Below are positions 13,579 through 25,240 of a DNA stretch of 48,012 nt, in pieces. A program made the position numbers and the translations under genes. The first letter of the stretch is position 1; every line of letters starts with the position of its first letter. Origin of the DNA: Atractiella rhizophila (lineage: Eukaryota); assembly GCA_021432655.1 (NCBI GenBank), contig MU271308.1:50179-98190 (forward strand). The letters are read 5' to 3'. The notes beneath the pieces are model-generated. The model saw nothing but the letters and a program-made list of their open reading frames with translations. It was not told the origin of the DNA and made no database searches.

Positions 13579-15381
13579 GAGCATGGACAAGGCAAGAATG
13601 AAGCTCACGTTCCAGCAGTGTTGCCATTCGACTTCATCACTCCAGTTGTGGCCCTAACGTATGGTATGTCCATTGGGAAGCAGCCGCTAGGCATCAAAGC
13701 CTTCCAAGTTTGCGCATATCTACAGCCAACTTTCCAAAACAACTGTTACTTCGAGTTAAACATTGGAAGGCTTTCTCAGTGTTTGGGCACATGTATCCAA
13801 GTTGTTGCTCATTAGTCTGCGAGGAGGCAAATGGCGAAGTCAACACCAGTGTGATTTGATGGCTGAAGAAAATATGCAATGTTGTTCCAATTGATGTGCC
13901 ACGCTACACCTTGATATATCAGCTCGCATAGAAGCATTGCTGTCTCTGCTGTCTTCTATCCCTGGCCGACAACACTGTTGAGAACCCCGTCCATTCCGCG
14001 GCCGGCGGTCTTCCATCTTCCTCCCATAAAGGGCCTTCATTGTTCAGCCGATTATTACTAGGATTGAGATAGAAAGCGACAAGTCTTGAATTTAAATTGA
14101 ATGAACTTTGAGACATAATGGGTGGCGGAATCGACTACTCTCGATATCTTTCTGTGAAGTCCAAGAAATGGCCGGTAAACCCAATTCGAGGCTGCTTCGA
14201 CGTGGAAAAGCGACCTGGAATGGTATGTCCATTATGTGACCTAAATGTCAAACTGAAAGCCATCAGATATCCTTTCTATCTGGAAAGCTCCATCCGACTA
14301 CTTTTCCGATCAAGAAACTCACCACGAGCATCACCTGTCCCTTCTCCGGCGAGAACGTGGACCTTTCCATAGATGGTGAAGACCTGCAAGCCGCGCTACA
14401 GTATGGTCCTACGACTGGTGTGCCGAAGTTGGTGGAATGGTTGACTCGCTTTCAAGAGCTGGAACATAAGAGGAGCTTTGAAGAGTATGGACGAGGCAAG
14501 AATGAAGCTCACGTTCAGCGGCGTTGCTGTTGACTTCATCACTCCAGTTGTAGCCCTAACGTATGGTATATGGATTGAAGTAGCCGCAAGGCATGAAAGC
14601 CTTCCAGGCTTGCCCAGATCTACAGCCAACTTTCCAGAACAACTGTTACGTCGAGTTAAACATTGGAAGCCTTTCTCAACGTTTGGGCACATGTATCTAA
14701 GCTGTTGCCCAATAGTCTGCGAAGAGGCAAATGGTGAAGTCAGCACCAGTGTGATATGATGGCAGAAGAAAATATGCAATGTTGTTCCAATTGATGTGCC
14801 ACGCTACATGTTGATATATCAGCTCGCATAGAAGCATTGCTGTCTCTGCTGTCTTCTATCCCTGGCCGACAACGCTGTTGAGAACCCCGTCCATTCCGCG
14901 GCCGGCGGTCTTCCATCTTCCTCCCATAAAGGGCCTTCATTGTTCAGCCGATTATTACTACGATTGAGATAGAAAGCGACAAGTCTTGATTCAAATTGAG
15001 TGAACTTTGGGACATAATGGGCGGCGGAATCGACTACTCTCGATATCTTTCTGTGAAGTCCAAGAAATGGCCGGTAAACCCAATTCGAGGCTACTTCGAC
15101 GTGGAAAAGCGACCTGGAATGGTATGTCCATTATGTGACCTAAAATCTCAAACTGAAAGCCATCAGATATCCTTTCTATCCGGAAAGCCCCATCCTACTG
15201 CTTTTCCAATCAAGAAACTCACCACGAGCATCACCTGTCCCTTCTCCGGCGAGAACGTGGACCTTTCCATAGATGGCGAAGACCTACAAGCCTCGCTACA
15301 GTATGGTCCTACGACTGGTGCGCCGAAGTTGGTGGAATGGTTGACTCGCTTTCAAGAGCTGGAACACAAGAGGAGCTTTGA
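13579..15381 (+). repeat. Tandem duplication B: 13579-14481 and 14483-15381
   Basis: Repeated upstream region and aminotransferase 5' end. Junction ...GGAGCTTTGA-a-GAGTATGG. Confidence 0.95.
14118..14481 (+). pseudogene. Orphan 5' fragment of the aminotransferase gene
   Basis: Same start MGGGIDYSRYLS and same first intron as 15017, cut at the junction after ELEHKRSF. Carries GYF>GCF and GKP>GKL substitutions. Confidence 0.75.
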
Positions 15382-16838
15382 GGGAGAGGGGAAGAGGTGG
15401 AGGATATCAATGGGCAATGGAAGTCAGGACTTGATGACCAAAGTGTGTGTTTCATTGATGGATGCATTGATATGCACATCTCACAGGAACTAACTCTAGG
15501 TATTTGACACACTTGTAGATCCAGGGCAACCAGTGTTGTTCGAGACGCCTGTCTATCTGTTCGTCCCTTTCTTCCGTTTACAACTATCTGCTGACAAAAA
15601 ATGACAGGGGAGCTTTAGCCTGCGCAACCCAAACCGACTACGTGCCTATCGAAGTTGGTGCGCCATCACTTGATCTCGTTCTTCCCAATTCTAATGCATA
15701 GCGCAGCAACGGACGGTGACGGCGTTGTTCCTGCTTCCCTCCGTTCCATCCTCTCAAACTGGTCTAACGACCATCCGGATCTCGCATTCCCACGTCTTTT
15801 CTACACATGTCCCACAGGTTCCAATCCGACCGGTCGTTCGACAACGGAGGCACGGAAGAAGGAGATTCTTGACCTCATCTACGAATATGAACTTCTTCTC
15901 CTTGTTCGCATTTCCCTCCTCGAGATATCTCCAGAGAGTTCTTTACTGGAGGATAGGAGGACGAACCATACTGGTTCATATATTATGGAGAGGACGAGAA
16001 ACCGCGAAGCTATTTTGAACTAGAGGGGCGTCATGATGGTGGACGAGTGCTGAGACTAGACTCATTTTCCAAGGTGTTGAGTAGCGGTGAATCCTCTTTT
16101 TCGTTTTGCCTTGACACTGACCGACTGGTGGTCATTAGGTCTGCGACTCGGATTCTTGACAGGTCCCAGAGAGATTTTAGACAGAGTCGACCTGAAGTAC
16201 GTGTTGCTAACGACGAACCGTTGAATCTCGTCCGGACTCAATATGTCAACAGCACATCAAACACCAATCTACAAGTATCTTCCACGACCCAGTATATTGC
16301 CTTGAAGGTTATGGAGTACTGGGGTGTCTCGGGACTTAAAAAACATGCTCAGATGTATGGCTCTCTCCCCCACTTCGTAACTGACCAGATAGGCAGGGTT
16401 GCTCAATTTTATAAATCCCAACGGGACCTTTTCGAATCTTTGCTCGACAAACACCTCCGCTCCAAAGGACTGGCAGATTGGGTATAGTTCCCTCCTCCTG
16501 GTCGCTTATCTCAGTGTCTTGAGTCATAGGACTCTCCCAAGGCCGGCTTCTTCATCTTCCTGCGTCTTCACTTATCCTCCAATCCCGAGGAAGAGGTAGA
16601 CACCACGGAGGCTATCCGAGAAGTCGCGATCGACAAAGGCGTGCTTGCCATCCCTGGGTTCGCATTCATGCCTCGCCATGGACCGTCCAGCTATATCCGA
16701 TGCTCCTTCTCGATGTTGGAAGAAGGGTGGGGGGAGGAAGGCGTAAAAAGATTGGCGGAGACCGTGAGAGAAGTTAGGAGGAAAAGAGGTGAGCACCTTA
16801 TTCCGATGCCGAAAGAAGTGGAATGGGACTCTCCTTGA
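15017..16838 (+). CDS. PLP-dependent class I/II aminotransferase, ARO8 / kynurenine-alpha-aminoadipate aminotransferase type
   Basis: ISFLSGKP, LQYGPTTG, GNGSQD, YTCPTGSNPTG, EDEPY and the PLP-lysine motif RLDSFSKVLSSG|LRLG, plus VLAIPGFAF and IRCSFS. About 9 introns. Confidence 0.9.
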
Positions 16839-16887
16839 ATTTGTTGGTGACAACAAGTATTGTTTTACACGTGTTTGCTACAGCATA

Positions 16888-17637
16888 TCAAGCAAAAGGA
16901 TCATTTGCCGGATCATTGGCCCAAACATATTCTAGACCCTTCGCGATTCTCTGAGCTTCCTCTATTCCGTGGATATCTGAGATAAAGCCGAGAATGCCAT
17001 CCATACCAGCTGTAACACCTGCGAGAGAGACATTATTGCATGTGCACTGAAAGACAACAGCTACTTGCCAGAGGTTGTGTAAATGTTGCCTAAATTTGAA
17101 TGTCACTTGAAGTCGCTTTGGTAGGGTGAAAATCCTCTTACCATCGACGACCCATCGTGCTTTTCTAACCCACTCCACATTTTTATGTGACGTGACCCAG
17201 GGCCACGCCAGAATGTTTGAAGTGGCTCTTTTTCCGTCCAACAATCCAGTCTGTGCTAAGAGAACAGAACCTGTGCAGACTGTGAAGACATATTGGAGCC
17301 TGGGATACGCTTTCTTGATGTATTCCTTCTCCTCCACTAAGTCGACCCTTGTGCCTCTTCCACCTTGCGAAAGGGCCTCAGTCACTATACCTATCAGCAA
17401 AATTAACAAACCAGGTATAATGAGCACATCGAGCTCTGGAGGACTGTCGAACGTATGCGTAGGAACTGTCTTGTGCTCAAAAACACCATCAACACTGCTC
17501 GACACTGGCTCGAGCGTCTTTGCAATGACGGAGAGAGTTGCATCAGGGAGATGCTTGAGAATTCCCAGTGGCCCAAAGGCGTCGAGGGGTTCAAAACCTT
17601 TGAAGAGGATGATGCCATAACGCTTGGGCAAGGACAT
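16888..17637 (-). CDS. DJ-1/PfpI (class I glutamine amidotransferase-like) protein
   Basis: GFEPLDAFGP, LDVLIIPG|GRG, nucleophile elbow VCTG, GLLDGKRATSN, RWVVDGNIYTTSGVTAGMD (after splicing), and C-terminal DPFA. Three introns. Confidence 0.9.
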   Translation of the reverse strand: MSLPKRYGIILFKGFEPLDAFGPLGILKHLPDATLSVIAKTLEPVSSSVDGVFEHKTVPTHTFDSPPELDVLIIPGLLILLIGIVTEALSQGGRGTRVDLVEEKEYIKKAYPRLQYVFTVCTGSVLLAQTGLLDGKRATSNILAWPWVTSHKNVEWVRKARWVVDGKRIFTLPKRLQVTFKFRQHLHNLWQVAVVFQCTCNNVSLAGVTAGMDGILGFISDIHGIEEAQRIAKGLEYVWANDPANDPFA

Positions 17638-18314
17638 GGTTAGGAGCGAATTGAATCAAAGGAGAATAGTTGGAGAACAGGTGAAGGGCTCTGCTTTGCA
17701 TTGACTCGGGACTCTTTTAAATATCTGCGAGAACCAGCCCCGCCCTCGACCCTCAAGTTCAGGCGTTGGCAATTGGGCTACTGACCGCACCGTTCCGGAG
17801 GACGACTCAGCGCATAAATTCGTGGCGCGCGACAACGGGGCATCCCGCTCATACACCCATGATGAAGCCGACGGTGGTTTCATCGCTGACGTGCTGACAT
17901 GAGAGTGAATCCTGAAGGTGTCAAGCTCGCCGCATGCACGAAAAATCCAAGCAAAATCATCTCTTGAGCGATTTTGTCGCATAAAAGCTGGACACTTCTG
18001 GTTTCTTTGAACCCTCGTTTGCAAAGCCGTCAATATGCAGCACGGTGTGGGCGACGCTGATTGCCAGGACAAACCGCAGAAACTCAGGAGGAGCGCTGTG
18101 AACCAACTTCACATTGCACGCAATTTTAACAAGCAAAGGGATGATGCACAAGATCCCACACAAAATAGGGAATAACGAGGTAGGAGAGAAGCACAAATCG
18201 ACGGAGTCCATGATCCAATAACGTTGAAGATGTGAAGAAGGGATAGATCGGAACGAGGGCGAGAAGCGAGCGGCCCACATTAAAATTGAAGTTCTAAACA
18301 AATGTCCTTTGCTT

Positions 18315-21231
18315 TTACATTTCGGGAGGTGAAGTAGGGACGGGCATTGGAGCTCTCTTAACCATCCGTTTAGCTGCGCCGCCACCACAAGCGGAAGAGA
18401 CGGGTGCCTAATTGTATGTGTGATGAGTAAAGTAGAACGAGCAATAATGTTCAAGTAAACTTACCTCTGCGCTGTGCGCTCCCCAAGGATCAAGGTACGA
18501 GCAAGCAGGATTCTGGACATACCACCCCGCAGTGTCGGAGGGATTGAGCCACCCATCGCCAGGGTTAGTGGTTGCGCCTTTGGGTGCAGCGGTTGGAGTG
18601 GAGGCACTTAGGGTGATGACCTGAGTGGCGCATCAGGATCCATGAGCACGGTTGTTAAGGTAGAAACGTACAGAGCCAGTAGGAGTGTAAGTCGGAAGGA
18701 AGTTAGCATTCGGGTAAGAAGTTAACGAAGCAGGCGGCCAAGCTGTGTAGTTCGCAGACGCATATCCCACAATTGGGTAAGAAGTGGTCCCTGCGCCTCC
18801 AGTCTGCCAATCGCTAAACGATCCAGCCCAAGAGACTTGTTCGAACGTTGAACCTGTAGAAGCCATGTAGCTAACGCAGAATCCGACGTTCTCTCGAGGA
18901 TTGGCAGCAATGTATCCTTGCTCAAGACCTAACGAGTACGACCACATCGGGTTCGCCTGAATGCCTGTTTGCGTAGAATTGCCGATTTTCCACTAAAAAC
19001 AACAATCACTTCACCTCCCCAGTTTGAGACGACCTAGGATTGACGCACGTTCCAGAAGAAAAATGATTGGAAAGCATCCATATGCGCAGCGGCAACGTTC
19101 TTGAGCTGTGCCTTGAAGTCATCATCCCACTTTGTATAATCGTTCCACGGATCACAGCTTCCCTGTCGCACGCTTTGGCCGGTAGTGGCTGCTAGAGTGG
19201 CTTCGTAACGCGTTCCCGCGCCGACATTGTTGATAAACTGCGACAGGGTGAGAAAAGAGAGAAAGAGTGAGTGAGAGGATTGCTTACTTCTCCGCAATCG
19301 TTGACAGCAAGAGAGAACTCTCCCGCAATGACGAAGTTGAAGTTTGTGTAGGTCCTGTTGTACGAAGGAGCCCACCATTGGCATGGTTTCTTAGCGTCGT
19401 TGGCAAGAGTGTCGTTAGCGTTGACGTTTGCAGCGTCGAAGCAAAGGTATGAGTGAGTGTCAAGGAAAATTCGATCTGCTCCTTGCATCCATCCGTACCA
19501 AGGTGCCTGTCCGTCGAAACCATCATGTAGCACAATGGCAGGTCCGTTGTCTAAGGGATCTAAGTCAGAAACGACTTAAAACATAGGACATAACACACCT
19601 TTGCCATATCCGGAGATGCCTCGAATAGTCTGGTAAGTCTCATGGTAGCTAGAGAAGGGTGAGCCAGGTACACTTGACTGAAGAAATCCACTGACAATTG
19701 CCTCATCTGTAGTGCTCCTATTTCAGGGTATCGAGGCTCGTTCAAGACGCTAGATGGGAAGAAGATGAGATGGCGCTTCGTAGATTCTGGAAGAATAGAA
19801 AATGAACCTGAACATGGGGATGAGCTTGCTGTATTCCGGTTGAGCGATGAATTCGGTAAGTGTGCGGATATAATTGAGTGACCTGGTCATTCGATTAAAT
19901 CAACTGCACCACATAAAACTCAGACGAAACCAACCTCTGAGCATTGGCTACACCCATGACTCCCATGAGGAAGTTGATCGTGCCCAACTGTCGATTCTCT
20001 TAGTAAAGCGGAATGGACGCTTGCCTTTCTGCTCACCCTTCCAGAGTGGTTGTAACCGTTCTGCGAACCGGGAACGGCGTGCAAGTCAAGATTGACACGG
20101 ATTCCATATTTCCTGCACCACTCCAGCACCTTGAGGACATCTACCACGATCGTCAACTCAAAGTAGGAGACACGAAGACAAGACGAACATTTCCATCCGA
20201 CACCAGCAAGGAACGGCTCTCCTTGCCAAGTTTCAATGTTCCACCATCCCACAGGGAGACGGACCCAATTAAGACCTGCTGAGGCGATGGCAGCGATGTC
20301 TTTCTCAGTCTTCGGATATGGCTTAGAATAGTTTGAAGAGGACAAGGTAGAAGCTCACAATAAAGGTCTTATAGTGGTTCTCGATCGTTTCAGCCATGCT
20401 ATCTCCAAGCTTTTCGCAAAGCGTCCATTCATCAACCGCCGGGGAAGCGTCGTTGAGGTAGGGCTCGAAAAGGTTTGGAGCAATGAAGGGTTCAATGACC
20501 ATCCATCCTCCAAGGTTGACACCAAAGATACGAGTGGAGCCATAGTCCCAGTCTTCGTTCAAAGCTGGAACATCTCCTTGAGCGCGTGCAGTCATGGAGA
20601 AAGGAACGGCATCCCAAGTCGATCCTGGGTTATTATTTTGATAAACAAAAGTGGTGCCGTCGTCCATGATCATCACCTCTCCATCGCCGCCATTCCCACT
20701 CCACTTCCCGCTCTTCGTCGAAGGATTTTTCGAGAGGGTCGACGTTCCCGACTGGGTGGGAGAACTAGGGTCAGACGAGTTGGAAGACTTATTATCGTCT
20801 TTGTTCTTGTTGGACACTACGATACCAACGGGGATAGCAACAGCGGCAGCGACGACAAGGATGCCGATGGCGATCCAAAGCCATTTCCTGCTCTTCCCTC
20901 CATTATTTCCTAGCGCCCTGGATCTGGACGGAACAGCGCTGGCACCGAAGGACATTTCCTCCTTTCCACCCTGACCATATAAGTTGGAATTACTCATAGT
21001 CGACCCTTCTCTGGCTCCGGCGAAAGACCCAACGGAAGGATTATCGACGCTATCGCGAAAGTAAGTAGCAGCAGCGCCAGGAGAACCAGTGTCGCCCGGC
21101 TGAAGGGGAGAAGGAGAAGTAGGTTCTGCGTTGGAGGATAGGGGAACGTTGTCGTCGTAATCTCCCCCCCGACCACGGTGCGCGAAAGGATCAGGAGAAG
21201 AGGGCGGCTGATAGGGATGGGATGGTGCCAT
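18315..21231 (-). CDS. Glycoside hydrolase family 5 glucan 1,3-beta-glucosidase, type II membrane-anchored (ExgD-like)
   Basis: N-terminal TM segment (KWLWIAIGILVVAAAVAIPVGIV), GVNLGGWMVIEPFIAP, GLNWVRLPVGWW, LDLHAVPGSQNGYNHSG, acid/base NEP, and nucleophile GEFSLA. Inferred last exon ...PTSPPEM*, stop at 18315-18317. Confidence 0.92.
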
Positions 21232-22009
21232 GCTTATTTAGATGGATCTGGAGAAGTAGTCAGAAATATCCCGACATGGTTGGATTCTGTTTTAGCCAAT
21301 GGACCAATGTTCTTCAACTTCAAAAAAAGTCACAGTGTCCAAGAAAAGGCGGAAGAACGGAACCAAGATGCCGCGGTTCTTCTGCGTGGCAGCAGAAGGT
21401 CGAGCTGAAAATAGCCAAGAAATATATAGAAGAGCTTTGCTTCGCTTGGATACTGAGACCAAATACTCTTGTCCGTTTCCCCAATCACTGCAAATGCGAA
21501 TGTGGCCTTTGCCAGCTCCGGATTCCCAGAATCGTTGTCACGCGGAGCTGGTACGTACGAGCCAGATTGCGCCCATCAACATGTGTAAGGCCTTTCTCGA
21601 CTCGTGAGAACTTGTTGAGGACTTTCAACAGACTCGGATCATGAGCTACAAAATATGACAAGGGATGAATTAAAGTGCTGCTAATTGCATCGTCAGGTCT
21701 CTTCCACTCCCTTTTGATGGGGATAGGCTTTGCTCGCCCTTCGTCCATCTTGCGAATTGCGCCTTGTAATGACATACATGACTTTTAGACCTTTCGAAGG
21801 CGTATTCTTGAACGTCGACATCCTCAAAGTTCCAAACCCACAGAAACCAGATCAGGGAATCAAACGCTCACTTGTTACACCAAATTACTAGTGAATTCCA
21901 CTTCTCACTGGCGGTAACGATTGACTAATATGCCTAAATGGCAGGTAGGACAGGACCAGAATCAGGGGTGCGAAGAAGTTGTTCGAAAAGAGAAGAGGCA
22001 GACGCAGGA

Positions 22010-22042
22010 CCCTAACCTCAGCCCTAACCCTACCGGTAACCG
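22010..22042 (+). promoter_or_regulatory. Telomere-like CCCTAA motifs plus CCGG-TAA-CCGG upstream of PEX12 (also at ~25121-25154)
   Basis: ccctaacctcagccctaaccctaccggtaaccgg is identical in both copies while the flanks have indels. Regulatory function is inferred only. Confidence 0.3.
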
Positions 22043-22131
22043 GACAAGATTGTGCTCTCCGATGCAATTTCCACTTTGAACAGTACCTAGTACCTTGCTT
22101 TGTGAAGGTAGATAGCTAGTCTTGAAGAGAA

Positions 22132-23569
22132 ATGGCAGATCCATCGATTTTTGAGCTTGCATTCCAAGGTGAGCTTTGTTTGAGCTTTTGGATGCAGCAA
22201 ATTTGACGGATTCCTGTGGGAAATAGACAAGCTGGGCTCACTTCTTGCCTCCGCATCGAAATACGTCTTTACAGTCTGCATTGCTTCTCCTGCACCGTCT
22301 ACTTTTTCTTACGCTCTACTCGAAGGTGCTCGCAAGCCAGAACCCGCGTTTTTTCCTTAAAATCGTCAATAACCACGATGAATTCTTCACAGTTGTCATG
22401 CTGTTCATTGAGCGCTACTATCTCACCCGTTGGGGTGAGCTCTTTTCCCTGCGCGCTCATATCGTTGCTAATCCCAGCGAAAGGCGCAACATTCTCTCAA
22501 ACATTCTATTCCCTCAAATTGAGGCCAATACCGCCGAAGCACCTTCCACCAACAGCACCAGACCTCCCGTTGACACGGTCTCAGATAAACAAGACGCTAT
22601 TTTGGATTGTGCGTCCTCCCTCCCTCTCTAACTATTCTGAGTTGATTTGATTTCTTGTGCAAAGCTCGCCATTCCATATGTGCGCTCAAAGCTGGCTGAG
22701 GCATACGATCGCTTCTCCCCGTCAGGAATGACGAGCGATGGCGCTGGAGAAGACCTCTTTGCAGATGAAGGGGAACATGCAACATCAAATGAGCTACCAG
22801 ACGGGCAGGAAGACCTTGCAGATGACGACCCGATGCTACACCCCGACGTGTTGGCTGCGCGACGAGCGGCGAGGGCAAGACAAGCGAGAGAACAGGTACC
22901 AAAAACAGTTCTTTGGCTTACATGGTCATGTATTGATATATGGTTGTGAAGGCCCTACCATTCTATCGACTCAAGAAAGCAGTATACCCGTATTACCCCG
23001 TCTTCCACTTATCCTATGAGCTCCTTCTGCTCGTCTACAACATTCGATATCTCTATGGCGCATCCCGCGTCTGGCGCCCCTGGATGTCAAACTCTCTGCC
23101 GTTTAACGTTGGCGCCGGAGTGCAAATTCGACGGATGACAGGAAACGACATGAACTCTCAATCAAGTCGTTTGCAGGAAATGCTTTCCCAACCCCTCTCT
23201 CAGCAGTCAGGACACGGGCTCCCTCCCACATACTCCCAGATTCTCGGTCGCTATCTCAGGCTCTCTCCTTCTCTTGCGCTTGAATCGCTCCGGTATCTTC
23301 TACCCGTCACAATCTTCCTCCTCAAATTTCTTGAATGGTGGTACAATTCTCCAGTTTTGCGAAATCGAGCTCTTCTATCTTCGGACAAAGAAAAGAAGGC
23401 GATCCCTCTTCAACCGCCTGCAAGGTTAGAACCGAAGGAGGAGAACAAAGAGGCGAAGGACAGAGTGCAAAAGGGACTTTGCCCTGTCCATGGAGGAGAG
23501 GTCGTCAATCCAACAGCACTACCCACTGGTTGGGTGTTGTGCTACAAAGGGGAAGCGTCGTTGAGGTAG
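22132..23569 (+). CDS. PEX12: Peroxin Pex12, copy 1; frame intact but RING finger cut at the duplication junction
   Basis: MADPSIFELAFQ, DEFFTVVMLFIERYYL, TFSQTFYSLK, AIPYVRSKL, LLPVTIFLLKFLEWWY, and CPVHGGEVVNPTALPTGWVLCYK followed by the junction-derived GEASLR*. Confidence 0.85.
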
Positions 23570-24339
23570 GGCTCGAAAAGGTTTGGAGCAATGAAGGGTT
23601 CAATGACCATCCATCCTCCAAGGTTGACACCAAAGATACGAGTGGAGCCATAGTCCCAGTCTTCGTTCAAAGCTGGAACATCTCCTTGAGCGCGTGCAGT
23701 CATGGAGAAAGGAACGGCATCCCAAGTCGATCCTGGGTTATTATTTTGATAAACAAAAGTGGTGCCGTCGTCCATGATCATCACCTCTCCATCGCCGCCA
23801 TTCCCACTCCACTTCCCGCTCTTCGTCGAAGGATTTTTCGAGAGGGTCGACGTTCCCGACTGGGTGGGAGAACTAGGGTCAGACGAGTTGGAAGACTTAT
23901 TATCGTCTTTGTTCTTGTTGGAGACTACGATACCAACGGGGATAGCAACAGCGGCGGCGACGACAAGGATGCCGATGGCGATCCAAAGCCATTTCCTGCT
24001 CTTCCCTCCATTATTTCCTAGTGCCCTGGATCTGGACGGAACGGCGCTTGCACCGAAGGACATTTCTTCCTTTCCACCTTGACCATATAAGTTGGAATTA
24101 CTCATGGTCGACCCTTCTCTGGCTCCAGCGAAAGACCCAACGGAAGGATTATCGACGCTATCGCGAAAGTAAGTAGCAGCGGCGCCAGGAGAACCAGTGT
24201 CGCCCGGCTGAAGGGGAGAAGGAGAGGTAGGTTCTGCGTTGGAGGATAGGGGAACGTTGTCGTCGTAATCTCCCCCTCGACCACGGTGCGCAAAAGGATC
24301 AGGAGAAGAGGGCGGCTGATAGGGATGGGATGGTGCCAT
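23549..24339 (-). pseudogene. Orphan 5' copy of the GH5 glucanase gene (probably the second allele)
   Basis: Protein identical to the 21231 copy up to NDASP, then ends at the junction. Confidence 0.75.
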
Positions 24340-25240
24340 GTTTATTTAGATGGATCTGGAGAAGTAGTCAGAAATATCCCGAGGTGGTTGGATTCTGTTT
24401 TAGCCAATGAACCAATGTTCTTCAAAAAGTCACAGCGTCCAAGAAAAGGTGGAAGAACGGAACCAAGATGCCGCGCGGTTCTTCTGCGTGGCAGAATGAC
24501 GAGCTGAAAATAGCCAAGAAATACATAGAAGAGCTTTGCTTCGCTTGGATACAGAGAGATCAAATACTCTTGTTCGTTTCCCAAATCACTGCAATGCAAA
24601 TGCGACATTTGCCAGCTCCGTATTCCCAGAATCATTGCCACACGGAACTGGTACGTACGAGCCAGATTGCGTCCATCAATATGTGCAATGCCTTTCTCGA
24701 CTCTTGGGAACACGTTGAGGACTTTCAGCAGACTCGGATCATGAGCTACGAAAATATGACAAGTGATGAATTAAAGTGTTGCTAATTGCATAGCCAGGTC
24801 TCTTCAAGCTCCCTTTTGATGGGGATAGGGTCTGCTCGCCGTTCGTCCGTCTTGGGATTTGCACCCTGTAGTGACAGGCATGACTTTTAGGGCTTTAGAA
24901 GGCGTATTCTTGAACATCGACAACCTCAGAGTTCCAGACCCACGGAAACCAGCATCTGCAACATGGGAATCAAACGCTCACTTGTTGCACCAAACTACTA
25001 GCAAATTCCACTTCTCACTCGCGGTAACGATTGACTAATATGCCTAAATGGCAGGTAAGACAGGACTAGAATCAGGGGCGTGAAGAAGTTAAGAAGTTGT
25101 TCGAAAGAGGCAGACGTAGGACCCTAACCTCAGCCCTAACCCTACCGGTAACCGGACAAGGTCGTGCTCTCCAACTTGAATGCAATTTCCACTTCACTTC
25201 GAACGGAGCCTTCATTTGTGAAAACCAGTCTTGAGGAGAA

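Noticed and set aside
13985..14010. CCG/CGG cluster upstream of the aminotransferase as an Aro80-type site
   Set aside because: Spacing does not match the CCG-N7-CCG repeat; too weak to call.
13694..14940. Minus-strand ORFs upstream of the aminotransferase copies
   Set aside because: A stop and an indel differ between the copies and no homology is recognisable; treated as intergenic.
21222..21775. ORFs between GH5 and PEX12 (also 24286-24785)
   Set aside because: Frames are not preserved between the copies (indels, stop).
22010..22033. Telomere or chromosome-fusion relic
   Set aside because: Only two perfect CCCTAA units; too short.
23335..24021. 228-aa chimeric ORF across junction C as a new gene
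   Set aside because: It is an off-frame PEX12 read fused to antisense GH5, and it depends on a junction that may be artefactual.
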